Shown piece after piece: positions 49,611 to 59,100 of a stretch of DNA of 64,000 bases. Below the pieces are notes generated by a model. That model did no database searches. It saw only the letters and a list, made by a program, of their open reading frames with translations, and was not told where the DNA came from. The DNA lies in assembly GCA_963793265.1 (NCBI GenBank), contig CAWBZI010000002.1:352001-416000 (forward strand), read 5' to 3'. Numbering within the stretch: the first letter of the stretch is position 1; each line of letters starts with the position of its first letter. Both the position numbers and the translations under genes were made by a program. The DNA is from an uncultured cyanobacterium. Lineage in GTDB: Bacteria > Cyanobacteriota > Cyanobacteriia > Phormidesmidales > Phormidesmidaceae.

Positions 49611-50273
49611 ATGACCAGTTTCCCCGGATCTCCTCGGTTGTTAAAAGGCGCAATCGTCGGGCTTAGCAAAGTCGGCCCTCAGGCAAACGCCGTCGCCTTT
49701 CAGTACAATCCTGATACCATGACGCGATCGCTAAAGCCGCGCACAGCAACAGCCTCAGACGACGACAGCGATGGCCCTAGCCGCAAAGAAGCCTTCAGAA
49801 TTACCGGCCCACCTGAAGAAACCATTAGTCTCAAAATTGAGCTAGACGCCACCGACAGGCTCGAACAAGGAGATATAAACGCCCTTCAAAACGGCATACA
49901 TCCTCAGCTTGCAGCGCTAGAACTGCTGCTATATCCCAAATCAGAGACAGTGCTTAAAAATCAATCGCTGAGTAAAACAGGCACCTTAGAAGTAGTCCCC
50001 GTAGAGCTGCCGCTAGCGCTGTTGGTGTGGGGCGTGAAGCGAACAGTGCCCGTGCGATTAGAGAGTTTGAGCATAGAGGAACAGGCATACGATACCAACC
50101 TTAATCCAATCAGAGCCGTGATTGATCTGTCCTTGCGGGTGCTGAGCTACGCCGATCTTGAGTTTGATAGCAAAGGCGGATCGCTATTTATGGCGCATCA
50201 GGTACAAAAAGAGCGACTGGCCGCTTCAGCGGTTAGTAAAACAACGCTTCAGCGTGTTCAAGTAGGTCGCTAA
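49611..50273 (+). CDS. CIS tube-initiator-like protein
   Basis: FQYNPDTMTRSL, LELLLYP, LLVWGVKRTVPVRLESLSIEEQAYD...PIRA; first gene of the baseplate cluster. Confidence 0.78.
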   Translation: MTSFPGSPRLLKGAIVGLSKVGPQANAVAFQYNPDTMTRSLKPRTATASDDDSDGPSRKEAFRITGPPEETISLKIELDATDRLEQGDINALQNGIHPQLAALELLLYPKSETVLKNQSLSKTGTLEVVPVELPLALLVWGVKRTVPVRLESLSIEEQAYDTNLNPIRAVIDLSLRVLSYADLEFDSKGGSLFMAHQVQKERLAASAVSKTTLQRVQVGR

Positions 50274-50434
50274 TTAATGTATCTCCTCAAAGAGAAAGAA
50301 TCTTTTAGAGAAAATACAACATTTCAGCATAGCTATCCTCGAAAGCAACAGTATTCCTAATTAGGAAGAGAGGTTACTTTTCATACAAAAGTTCACTAAC
50401 GCCCAAAAAGCATTATTAAATCTTGAGGTTCTTT

Positions 50435-50785
50435 ATGTTTGATACTAGAAGCCGGTACTACAATTCGGCAGAAGCGACCTTTGAGCGACCAGCGCAGGCG
50501 AATGCAGGTATTGCCACGGTGACTAGAATTGCCTATAAGCGCAGACGGTTTTTGCCCCAGGGGCGATCGCTGCCTGTGCTCGCAGAAGTCAACGTTGCTG
50601 AAGGCGAACGGCTAGATCTGCTATCTCACCGACTGTTAGGCGATGCCGAGCAGTACTGGCAAATTTGCGATGCCAATGACACCATGAATCCAACTGCACT
50701 ATTGGGAAATACATCGCAGGGCGAACAGATTGAGCAAAGCGTGTTCGAGCGAGTTATTCGCGTTCCCTTGCCGCAGATAGTTTAA
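50435..50785 (+). CDS. LysM-like CIS protein
   Basis: SRY...YKRRRFLP, GERLDLLSHRLLGDAEQYWQICDAN. Confidence 0.78.
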   Translation: MFDTRSRYYNSAEATFERPAQANAGIATVTRIAYKRRRFLPQGRSLPVLAEVNVAEGERLDLLSHRLLGDAEQYWQICDANDTMNPTALLGNTSQGEQIEQSVFERVIRVPLPQIV

Positions 50786-50805
50786 GAACCCAACAGAGAT
50801 CTACC

Positions 50806-51954
50806 ATGCCGCTTTCTTCAGGGCTACAGTTCACACTGCTCATGGGAGCAACAGTGCCAAGACCAGTGCCGATTGAGATTAGTCGGGCCTTTGTTGCTGC
50901 CGAAGTGACCCAGAGCGATCAGGGGCGCTCGGGCTTTCAGCTCACCTTCAGGGCCGGGCGGCAAGACGCCAGCGACCTGCGAGATTACGATCTGATTACA
51001 GAGCGGCTGCTTAAGCCCTTTAGCCGCGTGATATTAGTTGCGATTATAAACACCAAGCCAGAAGTTGTCATAGACGGCGTGATTACGCACCATCAGTTTA
51101 TGCCGAGCAATCAGCCGGGCAGCTCAAGGCTGACGGTAACGGGGGAAGATATCAGCGTCATGATGGACTTGGAGGAGAAAATTGTTGCCTATCCAGCACA
51201 GGCGGAAAGGGGAATCGCGATTAAAATTATTGCGGGCTATGCCAAATACGGCTTTATTCCCAAAGCAGTTCGGCCCAAAAATGACCTGCCCGCGCCCTCT
51301 ACCGAGCGCATTCCCGTACAGCACGGCACTGACCTGTCGCATTTACAACACTTAGCCGAGCGGCGTGGCTACGTGTTTTATGTAGAGCATGGGCCTGCGC
51401 CAGGATCGAATACGGCCTATTGGGGGCCCCCTAACCGGAAAGATGCACCGCAGCCTGCCCTCTCTTTTGATATGGGCACAAACACGAATGTAGAAGATAT
51501 TCGGTTTGAGTACAACGCACTGGCCGCGAGCACGACATCAGGGCATTTGCAAGATAGTCAAACAGCCCGAGTGAGCGATATTAGTGCGCTGCGAAGTACG
51601 AGAACACCTGCTTTAGTGAAAAGACCGGCCCTGAAAGCTCAGTCGCGGGTGAGACAGGTTTTACCGGTGCCGATTGCGGGGCTTAATCAGGCTCAGGCAA
51701 GGGCGATCGCACAGGGCATGACCGACCGCGCTAGCGATCAGGTCGTTACAGCCAAAGGTGAACTGCGGGTAACGCGCTACGGGCAGCTATTGAGGGCGCG
51801 GCGATTGGTCGGGCTTAGAGGCTGTGGCGATAGCTACGACGGCCTGTACTACGTTAAAAAGGTGTCGCACTTTATTCGGCTAGGAGAGTACCGGCAACAG
51901 TTTACGCTAACGCGGGAGGGGCTTGGGTCAACCTTGACGGCGGTGAGGCTTTAA
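50806..51954 (+). CDS. Baseplate hub protein (phage late control D / gp27-like)
   Basis: TVTGEDISVMMD, TDLSHLQHLAERRGYVFY, YDGLYYVKKVSH; cluster context. Confidence 0.78.
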   Translation: MPLSSGLQFTLLMGATVPRPVPIEISRAFVAAEVTQSDQGRSGFQLTFRAGRQDASDLRDYDLITERLLKPFSRVILVAIINTKPEVVIDGVITHHQFMPSNQPGSSRLTVTGEDISVMMDLEEKIVAYPAQAERGIAIKIIAGYAKYGFIPKAVRPKNDLPAPSTERIPVQHGTDLSHLQHLAERRGYVFYVEHGPAPGSNTAYWGPPNRKDAPQPALSFDMGTNTNVEDIRFEYNALAASTTSGHLQDSQTARVSDISALRSTRTPALVKRPALKAQSRVRQVLPVPIAGLNQAQARAIAQGMTDRASDQVVTAKGELRVTRYGQLLRARRLVGLRGCGDSYDGLYYVKKVSHFIRLGEYRQQFTLTREGLGSTLTAVRL

Positions 51955-51996
51955 GCGGAGTTTAGCCAAGGGTTTAACAACACATTAGGAGCAGCA

Positions 51997-52797
51997 ATGC
52001 GACAGTTTTTCGGTAAATATCGCGGACAGGTGACCAGCAGCAAAGACCCTAATTTTTTAGGTCGAATTCAGGTGAGCGTGCCTGCGGTGCTAGGTGAAAC
52101 TGAACAGAGCTGGGCGATGCCGTGCGTACCCTATGCCGGGAAAGATATTGGGCTGTTGATGGTGCCGCCTGTGGGCGCGAATATTTGGGTGGAGTTTGAA
52201 GGAGGCGACCCGGACTATCCGATTTGGAGCGGGTGCTTTTGGGGGAAAGGAGAGCTGCCGAAGAACGCGCAGGTTGAAGATGCTGCCGAGGTGCAGGTTT
52301 TTAGGACTGAGGGTGTGACGCTGACGGTAAGCCGCTTCAAGCAGTCTAAAGGGGTGAGTTTGGAGATTAATCAGCCGGTGGTAGAAAAGCCGATGAAGCT
52401 GGTGTTTGACGCGAACGGGATCGAGATTAATCATGATAACAAGACGACCGCTAAGTTCTTAGCCGACAGTATTGAGATTAAAACGGGCGATCGCTCAGCG
52501 ATGACCATTGCAACTGACAGCATTCAGCTTAAAGAAAAGAGCGTGGAGGTGAAGCTAACGGGTAATAGTATTGAATTAAAAAACTCGCCTTCGCAGGTGA
52601 AATTGAGCGCTTCAGCCGTTGAGATTGCGAATAGCTCGGCAAAAGTAAAAGTTGCCGCATCTGGAATTGAGCTGGCCAATGCCCCTGGTAAGGTGAAGGT
52701 TGCGCCAAGTGGAATTGATATCGGCATTGCGGCGGCAAGCGTGAAGCTGTCTCCGGTGAGTGTGAATGTAAATAACGGGGCTTTGGAGGTTATTTAA
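51997..52797 (+). CDS. Spike protein (gp5/VgrG OB-fold plus beta-helix repeats)
   Basis: FFGKYRGQV, DPNFLGRIQVSVP, WAMPCVPYAG, WVEFEGGDPDYPIW. Confidence 0.88.
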   Translation: MRQFFGKYRGQVTSSKDPNFLGRIQVSVPAVLGETEQSWAMPCVPYAGKDIGLLMVPPVGANIWVEFEGGDPDYPIWSGCFWGKGELPKNAQVEDAAEVQVFRTEGVTLTVSRFKQSKGVSLEINQPVVEKPMKLVFDANGIEINHDNKTTAKFLADSIEIKTGDRSAMTIATDSIQLKEKSVEVKLTGNSIELKNSPSQVKLSASAVEIANSSAKVKVAASGIELANAPGKVKVAPSGIDIGIAAASVKLSPVSVNVNNGALEVI

Positions 52798-52802
52798 GCG
52801 CG

Positions 52803-53123
52803 ATGGGATTTTTATTGACAGTCGGCTCACAGGTGATTTGTGCGCATGGCGGACAGGCTAAGCCGACCGTGCCGAATCCTCGGGTAAAGGTGATGGGTCA
52901 GCCAGTGGTGACGATGGGGCCTCCTTATGCTGTAGCAGGCTGTGCGAATCCACCGCCGCCTGTAAATGTTGGGCCTTGCATTATCGGTAACTGGGTGAAA
53001 GGCGCGGTTCGGGTGAAGGTGATGGGGTTGCCGGTGCTCTTGCAGGATGGGATTGCAATTTGTGTGCCAACGGGGACGCCGCTTTCTGTTGTACTTACGC
53101 AGCCGCGCGTGAAAGGGCTGTAA
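52803..53123 (+). CDS. PAAR-like spike tip protein
   Basis: Small Cys/His-containing protein (VICAHGG, GC, PC, IC) directly after the spike gene. Confidence 0.75.
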   Translation: MGFLLTVGSQVICAHGGQAKPTVPNPRVKVMGQPVVTMGPPYAVAGCANPPPPVNVGPCIIGNWVKGAVRVKVMGLPVLLQDGIAICVPTGTPLSVVLTQPRVKGL

Positions 53124-53166
53124 GAAGCTGTAAGAGGCTGTAGAAAAATGTGAGGAGGCGATCGCG

Positions 53167-53607
53167 ATGTTCAACACTCAGCAGCACAATACTGTTCAAA
53201 ATTTGGCCCATCCTTTTCGAGTAGACGGGCGCGGGAGAATTGCCGGGGCAGACCATGCTGCGCACATTCGGCAGCTTATAGAACAGGTGTTGTTTACGGC
53301 TCCGGGCGAGCGGGTGAATCGGCCTGAGTTTGGCAGCGGCGTGCGGCAGCTTATTTTTTCGCCTAATAGCGAAGAGCTAGCAGCAGCGTCTCAGTTTTTA
53401 GTGCAGGGCTCTTTAGAGCAGTGGCTAGGCGATCTGATTCAGGTAGAAGACGTTGAGATTTTTAACCGTGACGCTGAGCTAGTCGTGACGGTACGGTATC
53501 TCATCAGGCGCTCTCAAGAACAGCGAAACGACAGCTTTTCATCGGGTGCGATTTCTGGTGCGGGCGTGGCGCTAGAAGGGCCGCTGTTTGGCGGGGTGGG
53601 GCTATGA
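53167..53607 (+). CDS. gp25/GPW baseplate protein
   Basis: HIRQLIEQVLFTAPGERVNRPEFGSG. Confidence 0.9.
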   Translation: MFNTQQHNTVQNLAHPFRVDGRGRIAGADHAAHIRQLIEQVLFTAPGERVNRPEFGSGVRQLIFSPNSEELAAASQFLVQGSLEQWLGDLIQVEDVEIFNRDAELVVTVRYLIRRSQEQRNDSFSSGAISGAGVALEGPLFGGVGL

Positions 53608-56165
53608 GAGACGTGCAGTATGCCGATCGGCAGGCGAGCAGACGGGCGGCAGTGCGATCGCTGCGGTTGCCCAACGGCCAGCCCCGACTCAACGGCATTG
53701 ACTACATAGAAGTCGGTGAAGATCCGCGCACGCTCTGCGTTCGTTTCATTCATCCGCTCACTAGCACCTTGTCTGGCACCTTAGCTGGTGAGACGGGTTT
53801 AAACACCAACAATGTGCAAATTATTGGCGGCGAACGGCTCGCGCAAATTGAGGTAGTGTCACTCACGCAGTTTGATCAGCAGCTTACCGTGCGCGTTGAT
53901 CGAAGAGGAGATTTTTCGACATATCGGCTGAAACTGGTGCGATCGCCCGCCGACCCGTCCAATCCACCCATCGGCATCGACCCCCAGCTTGCTGAAGTAG
54001 ACTTCTCTTTTTGGGCAGAGGGCAGCAACGTCAACAGCAGCCACGATCAAACCACGCTGGCCCAGGTACCGCCACCGCCACCCGTCATTGATTATCTAGC
54101 AAAAGACTACGCTAGCTTTCGCCAGCTCATGCTCGACCGGCTCGCGGTCACATTGCCCAAATGGCAAGAGCGAAATCCTGCCGATGTTGGGCTATTGCTA
54201 GTAGAACTCATGGCCTATCGGGGCGATCAGCTCAGCTATTTTCAAGACGCAGTTGCAACAGAAGCCTATTTGGGCACAGCCCGCAGGCGAATTTCAGTGC
54301 GCCGCCATGCGCGACTGCTAGACTACGCTATGCACGATGGCTGTAATGCACGAGTCTGGGTGACGTTTCAGGTGTCTAGGCCGCTAGTTTTACCAGGGCC
54401 AGAGGAAGGAACAGAAGAGAACGGCGGCGGTAGCGTATTGCTCACAAAGGTGTCAATGATGCCGCTGTCTGTTTTGCGCAGTGAAGACGAGCTTTTGACC
54501 GCGCTTTCTAGTGGGGCGCAGGTGTTTGAAACCATGCACTCAGCTAGGCTCCATCCAGCCTTGAACAACCTTCACTTCTACACCTGGGGCAACGAGCACT
54601 GCGTTTTACCAGCGGGCACTACTCAGGCAACTTTTGTCGATACAGGCGGATGTATTCAGCCTTTGTTGCAGCCAGGACAGGTTTTGATTTTAGCGCAGCG
54701 GATTAGTCCGATTACGGGGTTGGAGAGTGACGCGGATTTAATCTGTCGCCATCCCATCAGACTCACCGCCGTCAGCCCCACCGAAGATCCGCTTTTCCCC
54801 GAAGCTGGCGCTAACAGTGATGATCCAAACGCCCCCCGACAGCGCCTGATTACCGTTCACTGGGCCGAAGCAGACGCGCTGCCGTTTAGTCTCACGCTCT
54901 CCACTCAAGTTCAGGGAAAGCCCGTCAACAACATCAGTATTGCATGGGGCAACTGCGTACTCGCTGACCATGGCCGTACGCTAAACGCCGAGAATCTCTC
55001 CTACTTAGACCCAAATTCAGCCCGGCCCTATCGACCTCGGCTACAGTTTGGGCCGCTTTCACAGCAGGGCTATGTGCTCAACGAAACAGAGCGCCGGTGG
55101 CAACCGTTCGACGCTCAAGCGCCCGCTAAATCTGCGCTAGCGTGGGAAATCAGGAACGCCCGGCCCAGCATTAGGTTGCAGCCCAAAGAACAAGCAAGAG
55201 GGCAGACAGAAGGATCGCAGGCTATGCGCTGGCAGCCGCAAAGAGACTTGTTGAAAAGCGGGCCGTTCGCGCTGGACTTTGTACCAGAGACTGAAGACAA
55301 TGGCGCGGTATATTTGCGCTTTGGTGACGATGTATTAGGCAGAAGGCCCACACAGCAGCTTCAGGCAGTCTATAGAATTGGAAACGGTCGCGCTGGAAAC
55401 GTTGGGGCGCTTTCTATTGCACATGTGTATTTACCGGAAGACGCAGGCTCGAACAGCTCAGTAGAACAGATTATTACAGCCGTCACGAACCCTTTAGCCG
55501 CCGTTGGAGGCATTGATCCTGAACCGATTGAAGACGTAAAGCTATACGCGCCTCAAGCCTTTCGGACACCGCAACGCGCCGTCACCACAGACGACTATGA
55601 AAAGTTTGCACAGCAGTACCCAGGCGTACAGCGGGCTTTGGCCACACGGCGCTGGACGGGAAGCTGGCACACCTTATACATCACGGTCGATCGAGAGAAT
55701 GGTCTACCGGTAGATGGAGAGTTTGAAGCCGATCTGTTGGACTTTTTGGAGCCGATGCGGCTAGCGGGGCATGACTTAAAAATTGAGAATCCGCAGTTTG
55801 TTCCTTTGGATATAGCGCTACGAGTGACGGTAAAACCCGACTACTTTAGCGATGAAGTCGAAGCCGTTCTAGCGCGAGCGTTTAGCCATGGGGTGCTGAG
55901 TAACGGCGAGCGAGGATTCTTTCATCCCGACAATTTCACCTTTGGTCAGCCGGTTTACCTGAGCCAGATTATAGCAGCAGCGCTACAGGTAACCGGCGTG
56001 CAGTCGGTTCAGGCCACCCGGTTTCAGCGATGGGAGCGGGCGGCGCAGCAGGCGCTAGAGTCTGGACAGATTGTGTTGGATCGGCTAGAGATTGCAAAGC
56101 TGAACAACGATCCTAGTGCGATGGAACAGGGGCGGCTGACGTTTGAGATGGAGGGCGGGCTATGA
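53604..56165 (+). CDS. Baseplate J-like protein 1
   Basis: DYLAKDYASFRQLMLDRL, SYFQDAVATEAYLGTAR, RFGDD, YRIGNG, RAVTTDDY; ATGA overlaps at both ends. Confidence 0.88.
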   Translation: MRDVQYADRQASRRAAVRSLRLPNGQPRLNGIDYIEVGEDPRTLCVRFIHPLTSTLSGTLAGETGLNTNNVQIIGGERLAQIEVVSLTQFDQQLTVRVDRRGDFSTYRLKLVRSPADPSNPPIGIDPQLAEVDFSFWAEGSNVNSSHDQTTLAQVPPPPPVIDYLAKDYASFRQLMLDRLAVTLPKWQERNPADVGLLLVELMAYRGDQLSYFQDAVATEAYLGTARRRISVRRHARLLDYAMHDGCNARVWVTFQVSRPLVLPGPEEGTEENGGGSVLLTKVSMMPLSVLRSEDELLTALSSGAQVFETMHSARLHPALNNLHFYTWGNEHCVLPAGTTQATFVDTGGCIQPLLQPGQVLILAQRISPITGLESDADLICRHPIRLTAVSPTEDPLFPEAGANSDDPNAPRQRLITVHWAEADALPFSLTLSTQVQGKPVNNISIAWGNCVLADHGRTLNAENLSYLDPNSARPYRPRLQFGPLSQQGYVLNETERRWQPFDAQAPAKSALAWEIRNARPSIRLQPKEQARGQTEGSQAMRWQPQRDLLKSGPFALDFVPETEDNGAVYLRFGDDVLGRRPTQQLQAVYRIGNGRAGNVGALSIAHVYLPEDAGSNSSVEQIITAVTNPLAAVGGIDPEPIEDVKLYAPQAFRTPQRAVTTDDYEKFAQQYPGVQRALATRRWTGSWHTLYITVDRENGLPVDGEFEADLLDFLEPMRLAGHDLKIENPQFVPLDIALRVTVKPDYFSDEVEAVLARAFSHGVLSNGERGFFHPDNFTFGQPVYLSQIIAAALQVTGVQSVQATRFQRWERAAQQALESGQIVLDRLEIAKLNNDPSAMEQGRLTFEMEGGL

Positions 56166-59100
56166 CAGCATTCGATGGCGGTATTAGAGAAGTATCGCGG
56201 CCCTACAATCGGCCTGGCTTAGATGAACTCTCCTATCGGGTAGGAGACTATCATCGCTTTCGGCAAAAGCTGGTATCGGCGCTTTCTCAGCCGGTGCTGC
56301 CAGGCGGGCCTAGCTTGGCGACACTAACGACAAGATCGAGTGATGACGGGGCGATCGCACTCCTTGACGCCTGGTCAATTATGGCCGACGTGCTCACCTT
56401 TTACCAGGAGAGAATTGCCAACGAAGGCTTTCTCAACACGGCCACCGAGCGGCTGTCTGTACTAGAGCTAGCGCGCTCAATTGGCTACGAGCTGAAGCCA
56501 GGGGTTGCGGCCAGCACTTTTTTAAGCTTTGAAGTAGAGGCGATCGCACTCGAAGTCGATCCCACTATTGTTATTCCGACCGGCACTCAGGTAGAGAGCG
56601 TACCCGGTGAAGACGAGCTGCCCCAGCTATTTGAGACAGTCACCGAGATAGTAGCGCGGCCTGAGTGGAATGCGATCGCCCCTCGCCCGACTCGTCCCCA
56701 GTCGATCACTGACCAGGCAACAGAACTACGGCTCAACGGCACTGATACGCAGCTACAGTCGGGAGACTGGGTGCTGCTGATAGACGAACACGCCCCTGAC
56801 CACTGGCAGCTTTTGCCTATAAGCGAGGTCGTGGCCGATAGAGCAGACAGTCAAACCCTGATTCGCTGGACACAGCCGCCTATCAGCAATTCAACAGAAC
56901 AGCGCTCCTCTCGGCTATATAGTCAGCCGCAGGTGTGGGCCTTTCGCCAAAGCGCACGTTTGTTTGGATCTGAAGCGCCTCAGTGGCAGAGTTTGCCTGG
57001 TGAAACCAAGCGAGCGGCTTTAGAAGCAGCGGCTCAAAATAATGCTGAAGAAGGCGATCACGTCCCAGTCCTTCACAGCGGTGTCTTTAGCTCAACAGAT
57101 GACGGTGAAACCTGGCAGGCGTTGAGTACAGGACTACCCGACAAAGACATTTTCAGCTTAGCTGCACTCGACGATGGCACATTATTAGCTGCAACAGCAG
57201 GCTCCGGTATTTTCAGACGGCGGCGTGGGGATGTGGCTTGGCAACCAGCGAGTGCCGGGCTCGATCAGCTCACGGTGCTGACACTGACTGTAGAGGGCGC
57301 AGGCGAAGATGCCACTATTTACGCAGGTACCGGCGGTGGTGGGCTTTATCGCTCTAAGGATGGGGGCGATACGTGGGTAGGCATTCATACGGGCCGGATT
57401 CGGGTAGAAAGTACAGGAGGTAACGAGTGGGCTTCGGTAAACAACAGTTTGCCAAGCACGGTTGTGAGAGCGGTGGGTACGGTTAGTTTTGCAAGCTCGA
57501 CCTACACTTTAGCGGGAACAGATAACGGGCTATATTTCTGTAAAGAGATAGATTTGGAAAGGACTTGGCAGCGAATACCAGCGTCAGCAGGCTTTGTTAT
57601 AAAGGCGTTTCAGCACAACACTGCTAGCGGACAGCCGGGCGCTGTGATTGCGTCTGATAGAGGAGTTTATGAGGTACTTCATACGACCTCTGGTGAAATT
57701 CCGCTGGGGCTAAGGTTATCGATAGCAGAGTTCGAGGAGCCTGCGCAGACCTTTTGGGCGGGCGACCGCGAGCTAATTGCTGGAACACCCACCGGAATTT
57801 CAGTATATAGAGGTTGGCAAGAGCCAAGAGAGGATCGGGGCGGCGTAGAGCGAAGGCAGAGCGTGGAAGATCGCCGCAGCGGAAAGGATAGACGGCTGAG
57901 TATAAAAAGGCGGCTTCGCGGGCGAAAATTGCTGTCTGGGCAAAGAAGGCTGAGTGTAAGAAGAAAGGTTAGTGAAAGGAGACAAATTAGTAGAGAAAGG
58001 CGGGTCGGTGGAGAAAGACGGTTTGAAGAGCGGCGTGAGTTTCAGGGTCAGCGATCGCAACACTTCCCACTAGACACATCAGTCCAAGCTTTAGTTAGCA
58101 CTCCTAGCAACCTTCTTGCTGCAACGCCCAAAGGCATATTTGCTTTGAAGGAGAGAGGCACCAACTGGCAGTTCGATCAGCCTGTGAAGTTACCAGTAGA
58201 CACGCTCACGCTAGTCACTGCCAGCGATGGAACAATCTACAGCGGTAGTCGCTTTATAGAACCCGCCACCGACGCGCTAAACCCTATTAGCGCAGAATCG
58301 GCTGGTGTAGAAAATGCCGCCTCTTCGGCAAGACAGACACAGCTAAACCAGGCGAAAAGAGCGCCGTCGAACTGGCCCGGATTCAATCTTAAAACGGCCC
58401 GTCGGATAGACCTTGACACGCTCTATCCCCAGGTTATCTCACCGAGCTGGCTAGCTTTAATTGACACGGTGGATGAAGAGGTAAAGGGAGAAATTGCTGC
58501 CGTCACCGCTGCGCAATCTACCCCCCGAAAAGACTTCGGCCTAGATACTCAAATCACTCGCCTAACACTCTCCTCAGCGCTAGAAAACCCAGCGCAGTTT
58601 AGCCTTAGGAATACACAAGTTTTAGCCCAAAGCGAACAGATTGAGCTGGCCCTAGAGCCTTTAACCGTAGCAGCTCAGCAGCACAAAATCTTTCAAGATC
58701 CGCTGCGAGGGAAACAGATTTTCCTAAGCCGGTACGTCGCGCATTTACAGCCACAGCAGTCGGTTTTAATTAGGGGTAAGCACTTACGAGCAGAGGTGGT
58801 TTCGGTAGGGGGCGTTTTCTCAGCGCGATCGCCTCAACCTGATCAGTTCGATACGGCTCCATGGAACGCTCAAAACACAGGGCTGACCACAACAAACATT
58901 CGCGCTTTGGCGATCGCACCAAACCAACAGCAGATCTATGCAGGCACAGATGAAGGAATTTTTGTAGCAAGCTTACCCACAACAGAATCGTCTTTCGGGC
59001 TCACCTGGCGACCGCTCAATCAAGGGCTGCTAAATAAATCGGTGCAGTGCTTGGTTATACAAGAAAACGGCAGCATCTATGCAGGAACATCAGACGGCAT

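Noticed and set aside
53118..53147. GCTGTAAGA-like triple repeat after the PAAR-like gene
   Set aside because: Very short and degenerate; probably slippage, with no supportable function.
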